Source of the DNA: a virus
Lineage: Duplodnaviria > Caudoviricetes
Virus record (IMG/VR): IMGVR_UViG_3300008113_000729
Span: 1 to 26,336 of that record
Strand: one strand, 5' to 3'
DNA length: 26,336 bases
Made by a program: the position numbers and the translations under genes. Below the pieces are notes generated by a model. It made no database searches and was not told where the DNA came from. It saw only the letters and a list, made by a program, of their open reading frames with translations. Positions 18,087-25,416 of this stretch are shown here, piece by piece (within the stretch, counting starts at the first letter, position 1; each line of letters opens with the position of its first letter).

Positions 18087-18419
18087 TTAGTCTTCCTGTT
18101 GTGGTTGTGATTCTTTGGCCATTATTAAATATTCATTAGGGCAAACACGCATAATGTGCGCAAACAACATAAGGCCTATGTTTCGCTCACCTTCTGCCTT
18201 CGCCATAATTAGGGGATTCTCGTGAAAGCATGTTGAAAAGATGTGGCAATTTCCCAAAACATCCCACATAAACTTGCGACCATCAACGGTGCGCATCAAG
18301 TTAACAAGTGCATTGTCACGCCTTACTTGTTCCCGCTTTGCCAGCTTCTGCAACTTGGCAACGGTCTTTTCATTGCCATAATTTTCTTCTTCGTCGTCTT
18401 CAAATTCGCTCATGCTCAT
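18087..18419 (-). CDS. Bbp19-like protein
   Basis: 110 aa. LMRTVDGRKFMWDVL..CHIFSTCF...MAKAEGERNIGL...CP..Y..M..E; lies between portal and scaffold. Confidence 0.8.
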   Translation of the reverse strand: MSMSEFEDDEEENYGNEKTVAKLQKLAKREQVRRDNALVNLMRTVDGRKFMWDVLGNCHIFSTCFHENPLIMAKAEGERNIGLMLFAHIMRVCPNEYLIMAKESQPQQED

Positions 18420-18648
18420 ATCCGTAAGGGTTGTATTCTTTAATTATTTTAGGCGTTCTATCCCGTGCAACATCTTGACTTATAATCATAATTTTACCAG
18501 AAAACATTGTCTTGTTGTTCTTAGAGGTCACGGCCATAAAGTTTCGAGCTTGCTCTTCGGAGGAGAATGAATACGCCTCACGCTTTGTAGGTATCCAGCC
18601 AAACGATGAGAAAAAATTACCATCACGCTGTATCAGGTATTGCTTCAT
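18400..18648 (-). CDS. Hypothetical protein coupled to the portal gene
   Basis: 82 aa. ATGA overlap with the portal stop; fills the gap to the Bbp19-like gene. Confidence 0.65.
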   Translation of the reverse strand: MKQYLIQRDGNFFSSFGWIPTKREAYSFSSEEQARNFMAVTSKNNKTMFSGKIMIISQDVARDRTPKIIKEYNPYGYEHERI

Positions 18649-20342
18649 CCGAGCATCCTTTCTATGGCGTTCTGACCGCCGCCTACTTGCGTTTCACTTA
18701 AGGTCTTTGCGCCCTGTATTGCCATCATGGATTGTTCCAGCATGGCTTGCCGTTGCTGCTGTTGCGCCTCTGCTTCAATTCCCGCTGCAACTTCATCATC
18801 AGAATTAATGCCCTTAGAAGGAACACGCAAAGCATCAGCATAGATTTTAATAAGCTCATCCCAGTTAGGCCGCTTGATAACTTTTGGCTCAACCGCCGCG
18901 ATATTACCAGCAAAGGCCGCAAACTGCTCAATAGCCGTAACCGATGATGCACGCTGTGCTTCGGCAAGCATACTGCTGTATTCCATCTTAATCGGCTTGC
19001 CCTGTATGCTTTCCGGCGGCGCTGGGATAAGCCCCTTGCGCTGCATAATTCCAAAGATTCTATCAAGGTCATCATCAAGCTCAGCCTGAATCCGTCCGAG
19101 CACCGGACCGAGCTGAATAAGCTGCTCTTGCTTGCGAGCATTAATCTCTGTTGCGGTACGTGTCGTATCAAGATTCGTGACCGTCATGAACAAATCGTTA
19201 TAGAATATTTCCTTAATGCGGCTCTCAACAAGCGCAATATCCTGCGATAATAGATTGATAACATTAGGGTTAATTTCAAATGCTGGCTTCATGCCAAATG
19301 AGCCAACACCTGTTGCGGTGTAAGTCATGCCGCCGGGAATCAGGCTTGCTGGCTGGTTTTTCATAGCAATATCAGCAACCATGGGCGGCAACCGTGCATA
19401 GTCAATGCTTTTGCCTTTTGAGAATTCCTCATGCTGAATTTGCTTTGCTGCGCCTAAAGCCGTCATGCCGGGACTGCTGCCGTATGCATCATTGCCCGAT
19501 AGATTCCAGCGCGTGCATGAGAACGGCTTTTCATAGAAACCGCGCACAGACAAAACCTTATCGCAAGCCGTACCTTTTTCCCAGATAACTTCACGCCACT
19601 TAAACACCTTGGGGATAGGTTTGCCAACCCATGTATCATCGTGCTCTTCAATCATCATGCATACAATGATTTCCGTGTTTTGGCCTGCGCCTGATGCATC
19701 CTTGTATAGCGTTTTTACCGATTCAGAAACATTCTCAATGCCAAACTTTTTGACCACCTGCGCTACGGTATAGGCGTATTCAAGGGCTAGCGTGCCGACC
19801 TTACCGCGCGAATTATTAGCGCAAAAGAACTCCCCAATCGTGGGAACATAGCAGTTGATTATATCTTCGTCATCTTCCTCTATGATGATAGGCGATGTGC
19901 CATAAACACATAAATCAAGGGCTTGTGTGGCTTTTGCCTCGTAATAATTGGACTCCTGAAGCACCAGCGATATCAGCGCCTGAACCTTATCAAGCCAGCG
20001 TTTTTCTTCGGTGTTATCGTCAAACTCTTGGTTGAATATTTTAGGCACAAACCACACAGAGCCTTGGCTTGTTGTTCCGGCAACGATACCCGTGGCGCAC
20101 ACGTTGGCGGCTAGGATTGCCCGCTCATTAATCACCTTGTCGTTAACTGGATTTCCCTTCGCCTCAGTTTTGTTAATGGATAGCCAAACATTGCGCCGGG
20201 GCATCATGTATTGACCAATCTGCGACCAGTGTTTCCACCACGAGTTTCGCGTTTGACGCAGGGAATCCAGCCGTCCTTCAGCGTATTTCCTCACGCCCTC
20301 ATTCTCATATTGTTTTTTTGGGGGCAAGGTAAGTGTTGCCAT
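18645..20342 (-). CDS. Portal protein (podovirus head-tail connector)
   Basis: 565 aa. SNYY...DLCVYGT, RWNLSGNDAYGSSPGM.ALG..KQIQ, FYNDLF, RTATEINARKQEQL..LGPVL.R, IKMEYSSMLAEAQR motifs. Confidence 0.95.
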   Translation of the reverse strand: MATLTLPPKKQYENEGVRKYAEGRLDSLRQTRNSWWKHWSQIGQYMMPRRNVWLSINKTEAKGNPVNDKVINERAILAANVCATGIVAGTTSQGSVWFVPKIFNQEFDDNTEEKRWLDKVQALISLVLQESNYYEAKATQALDLCVYGTSPIIIEEDDEDIINCYVPTIGEFFCANNSRGKVGTLALEYAYTVAQVVKKFGIENVSESVKTLYKDASGAGQNTEIIVCMMIEEHDDTWVGKPIPKVFKWREVIWEKGTACDKVLSVRGFYEKPFSCTRWNLSGNDAYGSSPGMTALGAAKQIQHEEFSKGKSIDYARLPPMVADIAMKNQPASLIPGGMTYTATGVGSFGMKPAFEINPNVINLLSQDIALVESRIKEIFYNDLFMTVTNLDTTRTATEINARKQEQLIQLGPVLGRIQAELDDDLDRIFGIMQRKGLIPAPPESIQGKPIKMEYSSMLAEAQRASSVTAIEQFAAFAGNIAAVEPKVIKRPNWDELIKIYADALRVPSKGINSDDEVAAGIEAEAQQQQRQAMLEQSMMAIQGAKTLSETQVGGGQNAIERMLG

Positions 20343-20345
20343 ATG

Positions 20346-20567
20346 TTACTGGCCTAAAAGATAATTTTGTTTTGTTTGCGGCGGATTCGATAAGCCTAGC
20401 GGGGAAGTGGCTATCGTCTGGTTGTTGCTGCCCGCTGCCATTGCTGCTCTTTTGCGTGCCGTGTCCGAGGCAACAGCTACATCTTTCCTGGCTTTACTAG
20501 GCGGCGGCGCGGCGGCTGGCGGTACGGGTTGAACATCTGGCATTTTTGCGCCACTTAAAAATCCCAT
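20346..20567 (-). CDS. Small conserved-type pre-portal protein
   Basis: 73 aa. MGF start, Pro-rich stretch, TIATSPLG and C-terminal LLGQ, typical of the small gene preceding portals in this phage group. Confidence 0.75.
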   Translation of the reverse strand: MGFLSGAKMPDVQPVPPAAAPPPSKARKDVAVASDTARKRAAMAAGSNNQTIATSPLGLSNPPQTKQNYLLGQ

Positions 20568-20899
20568 TACAGTTTACCTTTCAAGCGTAAGCGTTTCATT
20601 TTTTCTAACATGCCGTTGAAATTATTGGTTAGTGCTTGCCTATAGAAACCAAATTCAGCGTAAGGCGTGCTGGAAAGAAGCGTGCGGATTTTTTCAAGCG
20701 CCATCGCAACAGCACTCCAGCGCGTATCGGTGACATACATGCCAAGCTCAAATGCCGCTTCTTGAGCGCGGCGAACGTTTGCCATTACTTGTGCATAATT
20801 GTTTACAGATGAACCTTCAGCGCATAGCCGCATAGCTTCGTAAAGCTTATCCCAAGCGCCGTTTTCCGAGCCAGCAACAATAGTTTGATAATCACTCAT
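20567..20899 (-). CDS. Hypothetical protein
   Basis: 110-aa helical ORF; TAATG coupling to the next gene. Confidence 0.7.
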   Translation of the reverse strand: MSDYQTIVAGSENGAWDKLYEAMRLCAEGSSVNNYAQVMANVRRAQEAAFELGMYVTDTRWSAVAMALEKIRTLLSSTPYAEFGFYRQALTNNFNGMLEKMKRLRLKGKL

Positions 20900-20904
20900 A
20901 AAAT

Positions 20905-22170
20905 TTACACCGATGCATAAGGATTATATTCCGTAACTACAAGATAATCTGATTGAATTCCAACATTATTTTTTTGGCCATATACGATTGATGAGAACAG
21001 CTCAGTAAAAAGCCAGACAAGCGCATCAACTCTATCAGGCGAGCCGTGGCCTTGATATCCTGCCGGGGTCATTTGCACCATTTGCCCCTCAAGCTCTGAG
21101 AATGTGCCAAGATGATGAATCTGGCCTTGTTCATACATGGCGCTAATAGGCTCGGCGCGGACGTGTTTGCCGCGCGTTGCTCGAACCTGAATAATGGGCA
21201 GAGAGGGGCGGAGACTGCGCAAGGTTTGTGAGACCATATCACCGCCTTGGTTAACCTCAACCACGACAGCATCAGCGTCAAACTCATCGTAATAGGATAT
21301 AGTGCGCCGCGCCCAATCCAGCGGCGAACCTTTCATCGAGCCGTCGCGTATAAGATAGCCTTTGCCGTCAACGCCAAGGCCGCCAACCATAATACCATGC
21401 TCATCCGAAATATCCGAATTGGTAACCGCCGGGTCAACCGCAATCAAGATACGCTGCATATCGGGGCAATTGGCAACGCGGCACGCTTGCAGGATAACCC
21501 GCGTCCAGATAGCGCCAATAGCTGTTGGCTCATATTCGCCCAGCCACACATGCGGATAACGCTCAGGCCTTGTTTTAAGATTGTGCAGCCGCTCAAGCTC
21601 AAGCACCTTGGGAAACCACGGGTTATCGGTATAATTTGCTTTGACGCATATGCTATCAGGCGGTGCAGTTCCGCCGCGAAAGAATTTGTCCACCGCATCA
21701 AAAGCACTGCGGGGATTCCAGCTAAACCACAGCTCGGAATTTTCCGCGCGAAGTGTCGGCGTCAAAATCTCCAACGAACGCTCTGTGATAGATTGCGCTT
21801 CCTCGACCCATGCAACATCCATTCCCTCAAGTGACTTGATAGATTCCGCCGTGTGGTCTTGAAGCCCTTGGAATATAAGCACGCCATTGCCCGGCGTAAT
21901 AATCCTGTTAAGCTGGCATTTAAACAAATGACCTACGCCCATTTTCTGAATGCTATCAGATAATAACTGATACACAGAATCGCGCAGTGTACCCTGAACC
22001 TCACGCAAACAAGCAGCCCGAAAACCGGGGCGCATCAGGGATGTTTCGACAATCAAATCAGCAAAGAAGCGCGATTTACCACTACCCCTGCCACCATATA
22101 CGCCTTTGTACCGCGACGGCTGTAGCAGCGGCTGAAACACCTTTGCTGTAGGAATGCGCAATACTGTCAT
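20905..22170 (-). CDS. terL: Terminase large subunit
   Basis: 421 aa. Walker A GGRGSGKS, Walker B VAWVEEAQ, motif III SWNP, nuclease IAVDPA...SPDRVDALVW. Confidence 0.95.
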   Translation of the reverse strand: MTVLRIPTAKVFQPLLQPSRYKGVYGGRGSGKSRFFADLIVETSLMRPGFRAACLREVQGTLRDSVYQLLSDSIQKMGVGHLFKCQLNRIITPGNGVLIFQGLQDHTAESIKSLEGMDVAWVEEAQSITERSLEILTPTLRAENSELWFSWNPRSAFDAVDKFFRGGTAPPDSICVKANYTDNPWFPKVLELERLHNLKTRPERYPHVWLGEYEPTAIGAIWTRVILQACRVANCPDMQRILIAVDPAVTNSDISDEHGIMVGGLGVDGKGYLIRDGSMKGSPLDWARRTISYYDEFDADAVVVEVNQGGDMVSQTLRSLRPSLPIIQVRATRGKHVRAEPISAMYEQGQIHHLGTFSELEGQMVQMTPAGYQGHGSPDRVDALVWLFTELFSSIVYGQKNNVGIQSDYLVVTEYNPYASV

Positions 22171-22178
22171 TTTATAGC

Positions 22179-22568
22179 TTAAATGCCCAATGCCTTTTCA
22201 ATGATAACCCTTTCAATTGCTTGGAATTTAATAGTGCCATCAAGCTCGACTTTATTGAACATGCCGACGTGCTTGCCCAGCAGCTCTAAAGCCTTATTGA
22301 CGGCGTTAAATTCCTTTTCGGTTCTTGCCTCCTCATAATTTTTTTTAATAGCCATCACCACCCATTCTTGAGTGACCTCCGTGTTTTGGGAGCGAGCAGC
22401 CATACGCGCTTGAATTGCCTCTTTTATGTCAATTTTTGACAAGTTCTGCTCGCCAATTTGTCGCGCCGTTTTCGCACTATACCCCGCCCTGATTGCCGCC
22501 TGAGTTGCATTTAGGTCAATCAGGTATTCATCCACGAAACGTTGCTGTTTTGGTCTAAGTTCAGTCAT
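22179..22568 (-). CDS. terS: Terminase small subunit (Terminase_2 family)
   Basis: 129 aa. KQQRFVDEYLIDLNATQAAIRAGYSAKTA and KALELLGKHVGMF. Confidence 0.95.
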   Translation of the reverse strand: MTELRPKQQRFVDEYLIDLNATQAAIRAGYSAKTARQIGEQNLSKIDIKEAIQARMAARSQNTEVTQEWVVMAIKKNYEEARTEKEFNAVNKALELLGKHVGMFNKVELDGTIKFQAIERVIIEKALGI

Positions 22569-23035
22569 AGGAGGCCATCAGTTTTTGTTGAGTCAGTAGA
22601 TTCTGCATCTCCACCAGTTGCACTCTCAAGCTCATTAGAAAGCCCAGGCGCTGCATCTGGTTCTTGTCCGGTAGGGTGGTGGCCTGATACATCGCTAACC
22701 CCACTAGAGAAGCAGGAAAACGCTGTTGCGAACGCTTCATCACTGGGGGGTACATCCTTTGCTTCCCAATTTTCGACAATATCGGTAAGAGGTTCGTCAA
22801 CAGGAAACTGTTCAATCGAGCTGTCCTCGCTACCTCCAAGGTCATTGAGTAGCGCAATTTCTGCGGCAATTTCAACAATTTCTGCATAAGCTGGGTTGTT
22901 ATGAAAATCATAAAGCAATCCTTCATAATCTTCCCTAAGCTCATCCAAATCTTCTTGCAATCCAATGATTTCAAAACGTTTTTCTTTAAGAGTGGCAATC
23001 GCATTGCGAATCTCCTTAAAATTTACGGTTGTCAT
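22565..23035 (-). CDS. Hypothetical highly acidic protein
   Basis: 156 aa. N-terminal coiled coil and acidic disordered tail; ATGA overlap with terS. Confidence 0.7.
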   Translation of the reverse strand: MTTVNFKEIRNAIATLKEKRFEIIGLQEDLDELREDYEGLLYDFHNNPAYAEIVEIAAEIALLNDLGGSEDSSIEQFPVDEPLTDIVENWEAKDVPPSDEAFATAFSCFSSGVSDVSGHHPTGQEPDAAPGLSNELESATGGDAESTDSTKTDGLL

Positions 23036-23407
23036 TTAGGCGGTCTTCCTTTCGTTGTTGTTGAAAATCCAGTCTTTTACGATGTGCAGCGGGTCGAGTG
23101 TAATGTGCTCCGGCAGGCCTTTTGCGAAGATGAAATCAGGCAATTCGCGGCAATGGGTTTCGTAGCCAGCAAGGCGTGCTGCTGCGGCTAATCCGGGCTT
23201 TTTGTTGAACGTGTCAAAGTCGGCTATTGATAAAAACCACAGCTGATTGCCGCGCTTAAAGACCCCGTCGAATATGCCCCGGTTCTCGATAAGCCAGCCG
23301 TAGGTGGGCAACTGGTTTGCGAACAAGCGTCCGTGCTTTTCATCTTGCATCTCCTCAATGAGGTGTCGCAAGAAAACCGGAAAGTTATCAGCGTCATAGA
23401 GTATCAT
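23036..23407 (-). CDS. Hypothetical protein
   Basis: 123 aa. GAGG RBS and ATGA overlap with the initiator gene stop. Confidence 0.7.
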   Translation of the reverse strand: MILYDADNFPVFLRHLIEEMQDEKHGRLFANQLPTYGWLIENRGIFDGVFKRGNQLWFLSIADFDTFNKKPGLAAAARLAGYETHCRELPDFIFAKGLPEHITLDPLHIVKDWIFNNNERKTA

Positions 23408-24513
23408 GCCGCCACCTCAATGCGATAGTTGACGCCCTTCTTTTTCTCGATTGCGGCTATGACGTGGTTGCCGCTGCCGTTAAGCCAAGAGGCCACGAAA
23501 GGGGTGGGGCATACGATGCGGTTCTTGCCTTCAAGCTTGCATTTTTCCAGCCAGCTTTGCGCCCAGGCGAAGTCAACCATGTTGTCCCTGACAAGCTCCA
23601 TCACCCACGGTTGCAAGGTGTCGATTTCACCAACAAGGGCTGGTGTTTTTTTGGTTGATTCGCTCGGGCTGGAAGCCTTAGCGCCTGCGGCATACACGGC
23701 TTTATCGAAGTAACTCATCGCTCGCGGTGCTGGCTCGTCACGGGTCAGCCTAACGTTGCAAACGCGGCCTATGGCGTCGAGGCACTCTTGCGGGCTGATA
23801 CCGGCGTCAAACCAAGCCTGTGCGGTGTCCGCATCGGTTGCGTGGGTTGTCGGTCTGCCGCGGTCTTTGCCAAAGATTTCGGCAATCAGGCGGTCAGCTT
23901 GCTGGATGAGCTGGTTCGGGTTGGGGGGTGATGCTGGTTGCGGTTCCCCCTTTTCTTTTACCTCAATTTTTACAGAATCTTCAATCAAAACGCCAGTCAA
24001 ATCAGCCTTGGTCTCGCGCGCGGTAGTGGTACTGGTATGATTGATTGATTGATTATATATTTTATAATCTGAATCTTTATCTGACTCTGTATCTAGGCGT
24101 TTTCGGGCGTTACTTGGCGTTACTTTCGTTACCTCGTTTTCAGCGCGTTTTCTAGCCTTAAATTTAGCCTGTCTTTGCGCGTTGGTTTTGGCGGTAGACC
24201 CTTGTATTTCCTCGCGTTCACGCTTAGGTTGGCGCTTATCCCAATTAATGAATTTATTGCCGTCAATAACCAGACCTTGCATGGCATCGGTAACGGCCTT
24301 GGTAACGGCTGGCGTTACCCCTAGCGTTACCGCCGTTACCTCTTCGTTACTTTTCGTTACCCCGCGTGACTCTTCGTTTTGTGATGCATCGCTCATTAAA
24401 TGAACAGCAATTGCTATAACTACTGCTAATGGTTGCCCTGATTTTTCCGCTATTAGACGCCACTTTGGATCTATGGTAAAATCATGCCAAAGCCTAAACC
24501 AACTATTTGCCAT
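23404..24513 (-). CDS. Phage replication initiator (lambda O-like role) with C-terminal DnaA N-terminal-like domain
   Basis: 369 aa. SWFRLWHD..DPKW N-terminus, NWDKRQPKRE, NAQRQAKFKAR, low-complexity linker, SYFDKAV, then WAQSWL...VCPTPFVASWL. GGGAG RBS; internal repeats. Confidence 0.8.
   Translation of the reverse strand: MANSWFRLWHDFTIDPKWRLIAEKSGQPLAVVIAIAVHLMSDASQNEESRGVTKSNEEVTAVTLGVTPAVTKAVTDAMQGLVIDGNKFINWDKRQPKREREEIQGSTAKTNAQRQAKFKARKRAENEVTKVTPSNARKRLDTESDKDSDYKIYNQSINHTSTTTARETKADLTGVLIEDSVKIEVKEKGEPQPASPPNPNQLIQQADRLIAEIFGKDRGRPTTHATDADTAQAWFDAGISPQECLDAIGRVCNVRLTRDEPAPRAMSYFDKAVYAAGAKASSPSESTKKTPALVGEIDTLQPWVMELVRDNMVDFAWAQSWLEKCKLEGKNRIVCPTPFVASWLNGSGNHVIAAIEKKKGVNYRIEVAA
24038..24094. 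other. AT-rich low-complexity tract next to the iterons (candidate unwinding element)
   Basis: TGATTGATTGATTGATTATATATTTTATAA followed by 6-nt TCTNNN units. Confidence 0.5.
24108..24132 (+). repeat. Iteron-like cluster 1 (3 x CGTTAC)
   Basis: CGTTAC at 24108, 24118 and 24127. Confidence 0.7.
24290..24370. repeat. Iteron-like cluster 2 (2 x GTAACG facing 5 x CGTTAC plus 1 x CGTGAC)
   Basis: GTAACG at 24290 and 24302; CGTTAC at 24313, 24325, 24334, 24345, 24355; CGTGAC at 24365. Confidence 0.75.
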
Positions 24514-24558
24514 TCATTCTCTCCCTTAAGATTGTCTTTTTGATGTATTGCGTAGAGT

Positions 24559-24702
24559 TTAAATATTTCTGAATGGTCTTGACTCAAATTCACATAGCCG
24601 AAATTGGCTCACTTCATGCGAAAGATGGAAAAGCCGCTCATCAAGTGTCCGCTTGCGCCGGGCGTTATCATTAACGGGCTTTGGTGCGCGGATAACCATC
24701 AT
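24559..24702 (-). CDS. Small hypothetical protein (47 aa, below the ORF-track cutoff)
   Basis: MMVIRAPKPVNDNARRKRTLDERLFHLSHEVSQFRLCEFESRPFRNI*; ATGA overlap with the upstream ORF. Confidence 0.5.
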   Translation of the reverse strand: MMVIRAPKPVNDNARRKRTLDERLFHLSHEVSQFRLCEFESRPFRNI

Positions 24703-24842
24703 GATTGCACCAGCAATTCTAACTCTTTTATAAAGGCGTCTAATCTTTTGTTTTGCGCCTGCATGTGGGTTAACGCTGTACCGCGCAGGCTATTATCGTT
24801 CGCGGCAACCGTAATGGGCATGATGAATGAGAGCAGCATCAT
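24699..24842 (-). CDS. Small hypothetical protein with AANDN motif (47 aa)
   Basis: MMLLSFIMPITVAANDNSLRGTALTHMQAQNKRLDAFIKELELLVQS*; ATGA overlaps at both ends. Confidence 0.6.
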   Translation of the reverse strand: MMLLSFIMPITVAANDNSLRGTALTHMQAQNKRLDAFIKELELLVQS

Positions 24843-24991
24843 AAATCGTGCCCGTATTTAAGCACAAAGAACAGCCCGCCAAAAATCAGCGAGAACAGCA
24901 CATATACTAATACCGATATGACAATGTCCCCCTGATTATCGCGGCTGCGCTTGTAGATAATCGGGTCGTTAAGTGGTTTTTTTGCTTTCAT
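24839..24991 (-). CDS. Small single-pass membrane protein (50 aa)
   Basis: MKAKKPLNDPIIYKRSRDNQGDIVISVLVYVLFSLIFGGLFFVLKYGHDL*; ATGA overlaps at both ends. Confidence 0.65.
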   Translation of the reverse strand: MKAKKPLNDPIIYKRSRDNQGDIVISVLVYVLFSLIFGGLFFVLKYGHDL

Positions 24992-25206
24992 GATTTCCAC
25001 CCCACGATGCGGATTCCACCGCTGTATTCTTCGGCAATACCTTTTTCATAAAGAGCATTGAGTCCCCAGCCCATGTGCTGCCAACTCATGCCGCATGTAT
25101 CTGCCAAAGTGGGCGCAGTGCCTAAATAACGACCATCAATGTTGCAACGCGCTTGCAACGCAGCTAATGCCTTTTCTTCTATTTCTTTAAAGCTGACGCG
25201 ACTCAT
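24988..25206 (-). CDS. Small winged-helix-like hypothetical protein
   Basis: 72 aa. TAPTLADTCGMSWQHMGWGLNALYEKGIAE..GGIRIV has an HTH-plus-wing pattern. Confidence 0.65.
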   Translation of the reverse strand: MSRVSFKEIEEKALAALQARCNIDGRYLGTAPTLADTCGMSWQHMGWGLNALYEKGIAEEYSGGIRIVGWKS

Positions 25207-25416
25207 AAGCGATACCTTACAATGCGATAGCCGCCGTTGTAATGCTCGATGCGCTTATCGTTTAGTAATTCATGAAATCCAGCAGTGAAATCAAGCCAGT
25301 GCATCCCGTTATCCGTTGCCGTCTGCCGTTTGTGTGGCGTCACACGAATTGCGCAGCGCCATCATTGTTCGCTGGGCTAAATGCGCACGCGATTGATTTT
25401 TATAAAGTATTTTCAT
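25203..25416 (-). pseudogene. Frameshifted paralogue of the adjacent 72-aa wHTH-like gene
   Basis: Frame 1 (25416-25309) MKILYKNQSRAHLAQRTMMALRNSCDATQTADGNG*. The +1 frame reads ...ATDNGMHWLDFTAGFHELLNDKRIEHYNGGYRIVRYRL* to 25203 and aligns with DTCGMSW..LNALYEKGIAEEYSGGIRIV. ATGA overlaps at both outer ends. Confidence 0.6.

Noticed and set aside
22561-23004. 147-aa alternative-frame ORF overlapping the acidic protein
   Set aside because: K/L/M-rich composition is what a shifted reading of Asp/Glu codons produces. The 156-aa frame has the proper couplings to both neighbours.
23036-23407. PD-(D/E)xK nuclease call for the 123-aa protein (FDGVFKRGNQLWFLSI)
   Set aside because: The ExK catalytic residues are absent; the resemblance is too weak.
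24108-24370. CRISPR-like array
   Set aside because: Repeats are 6 bp with 3-6 bp gaps inside a CDS, which fits iterons rather than CRISPR; no cas genes.
24505-24600. Possible further frameshift extending the 47-aa ORF toward the initiator start
   Set aside because: Alternative frames are open for short stretches, but I have no homology evidence to choose one.
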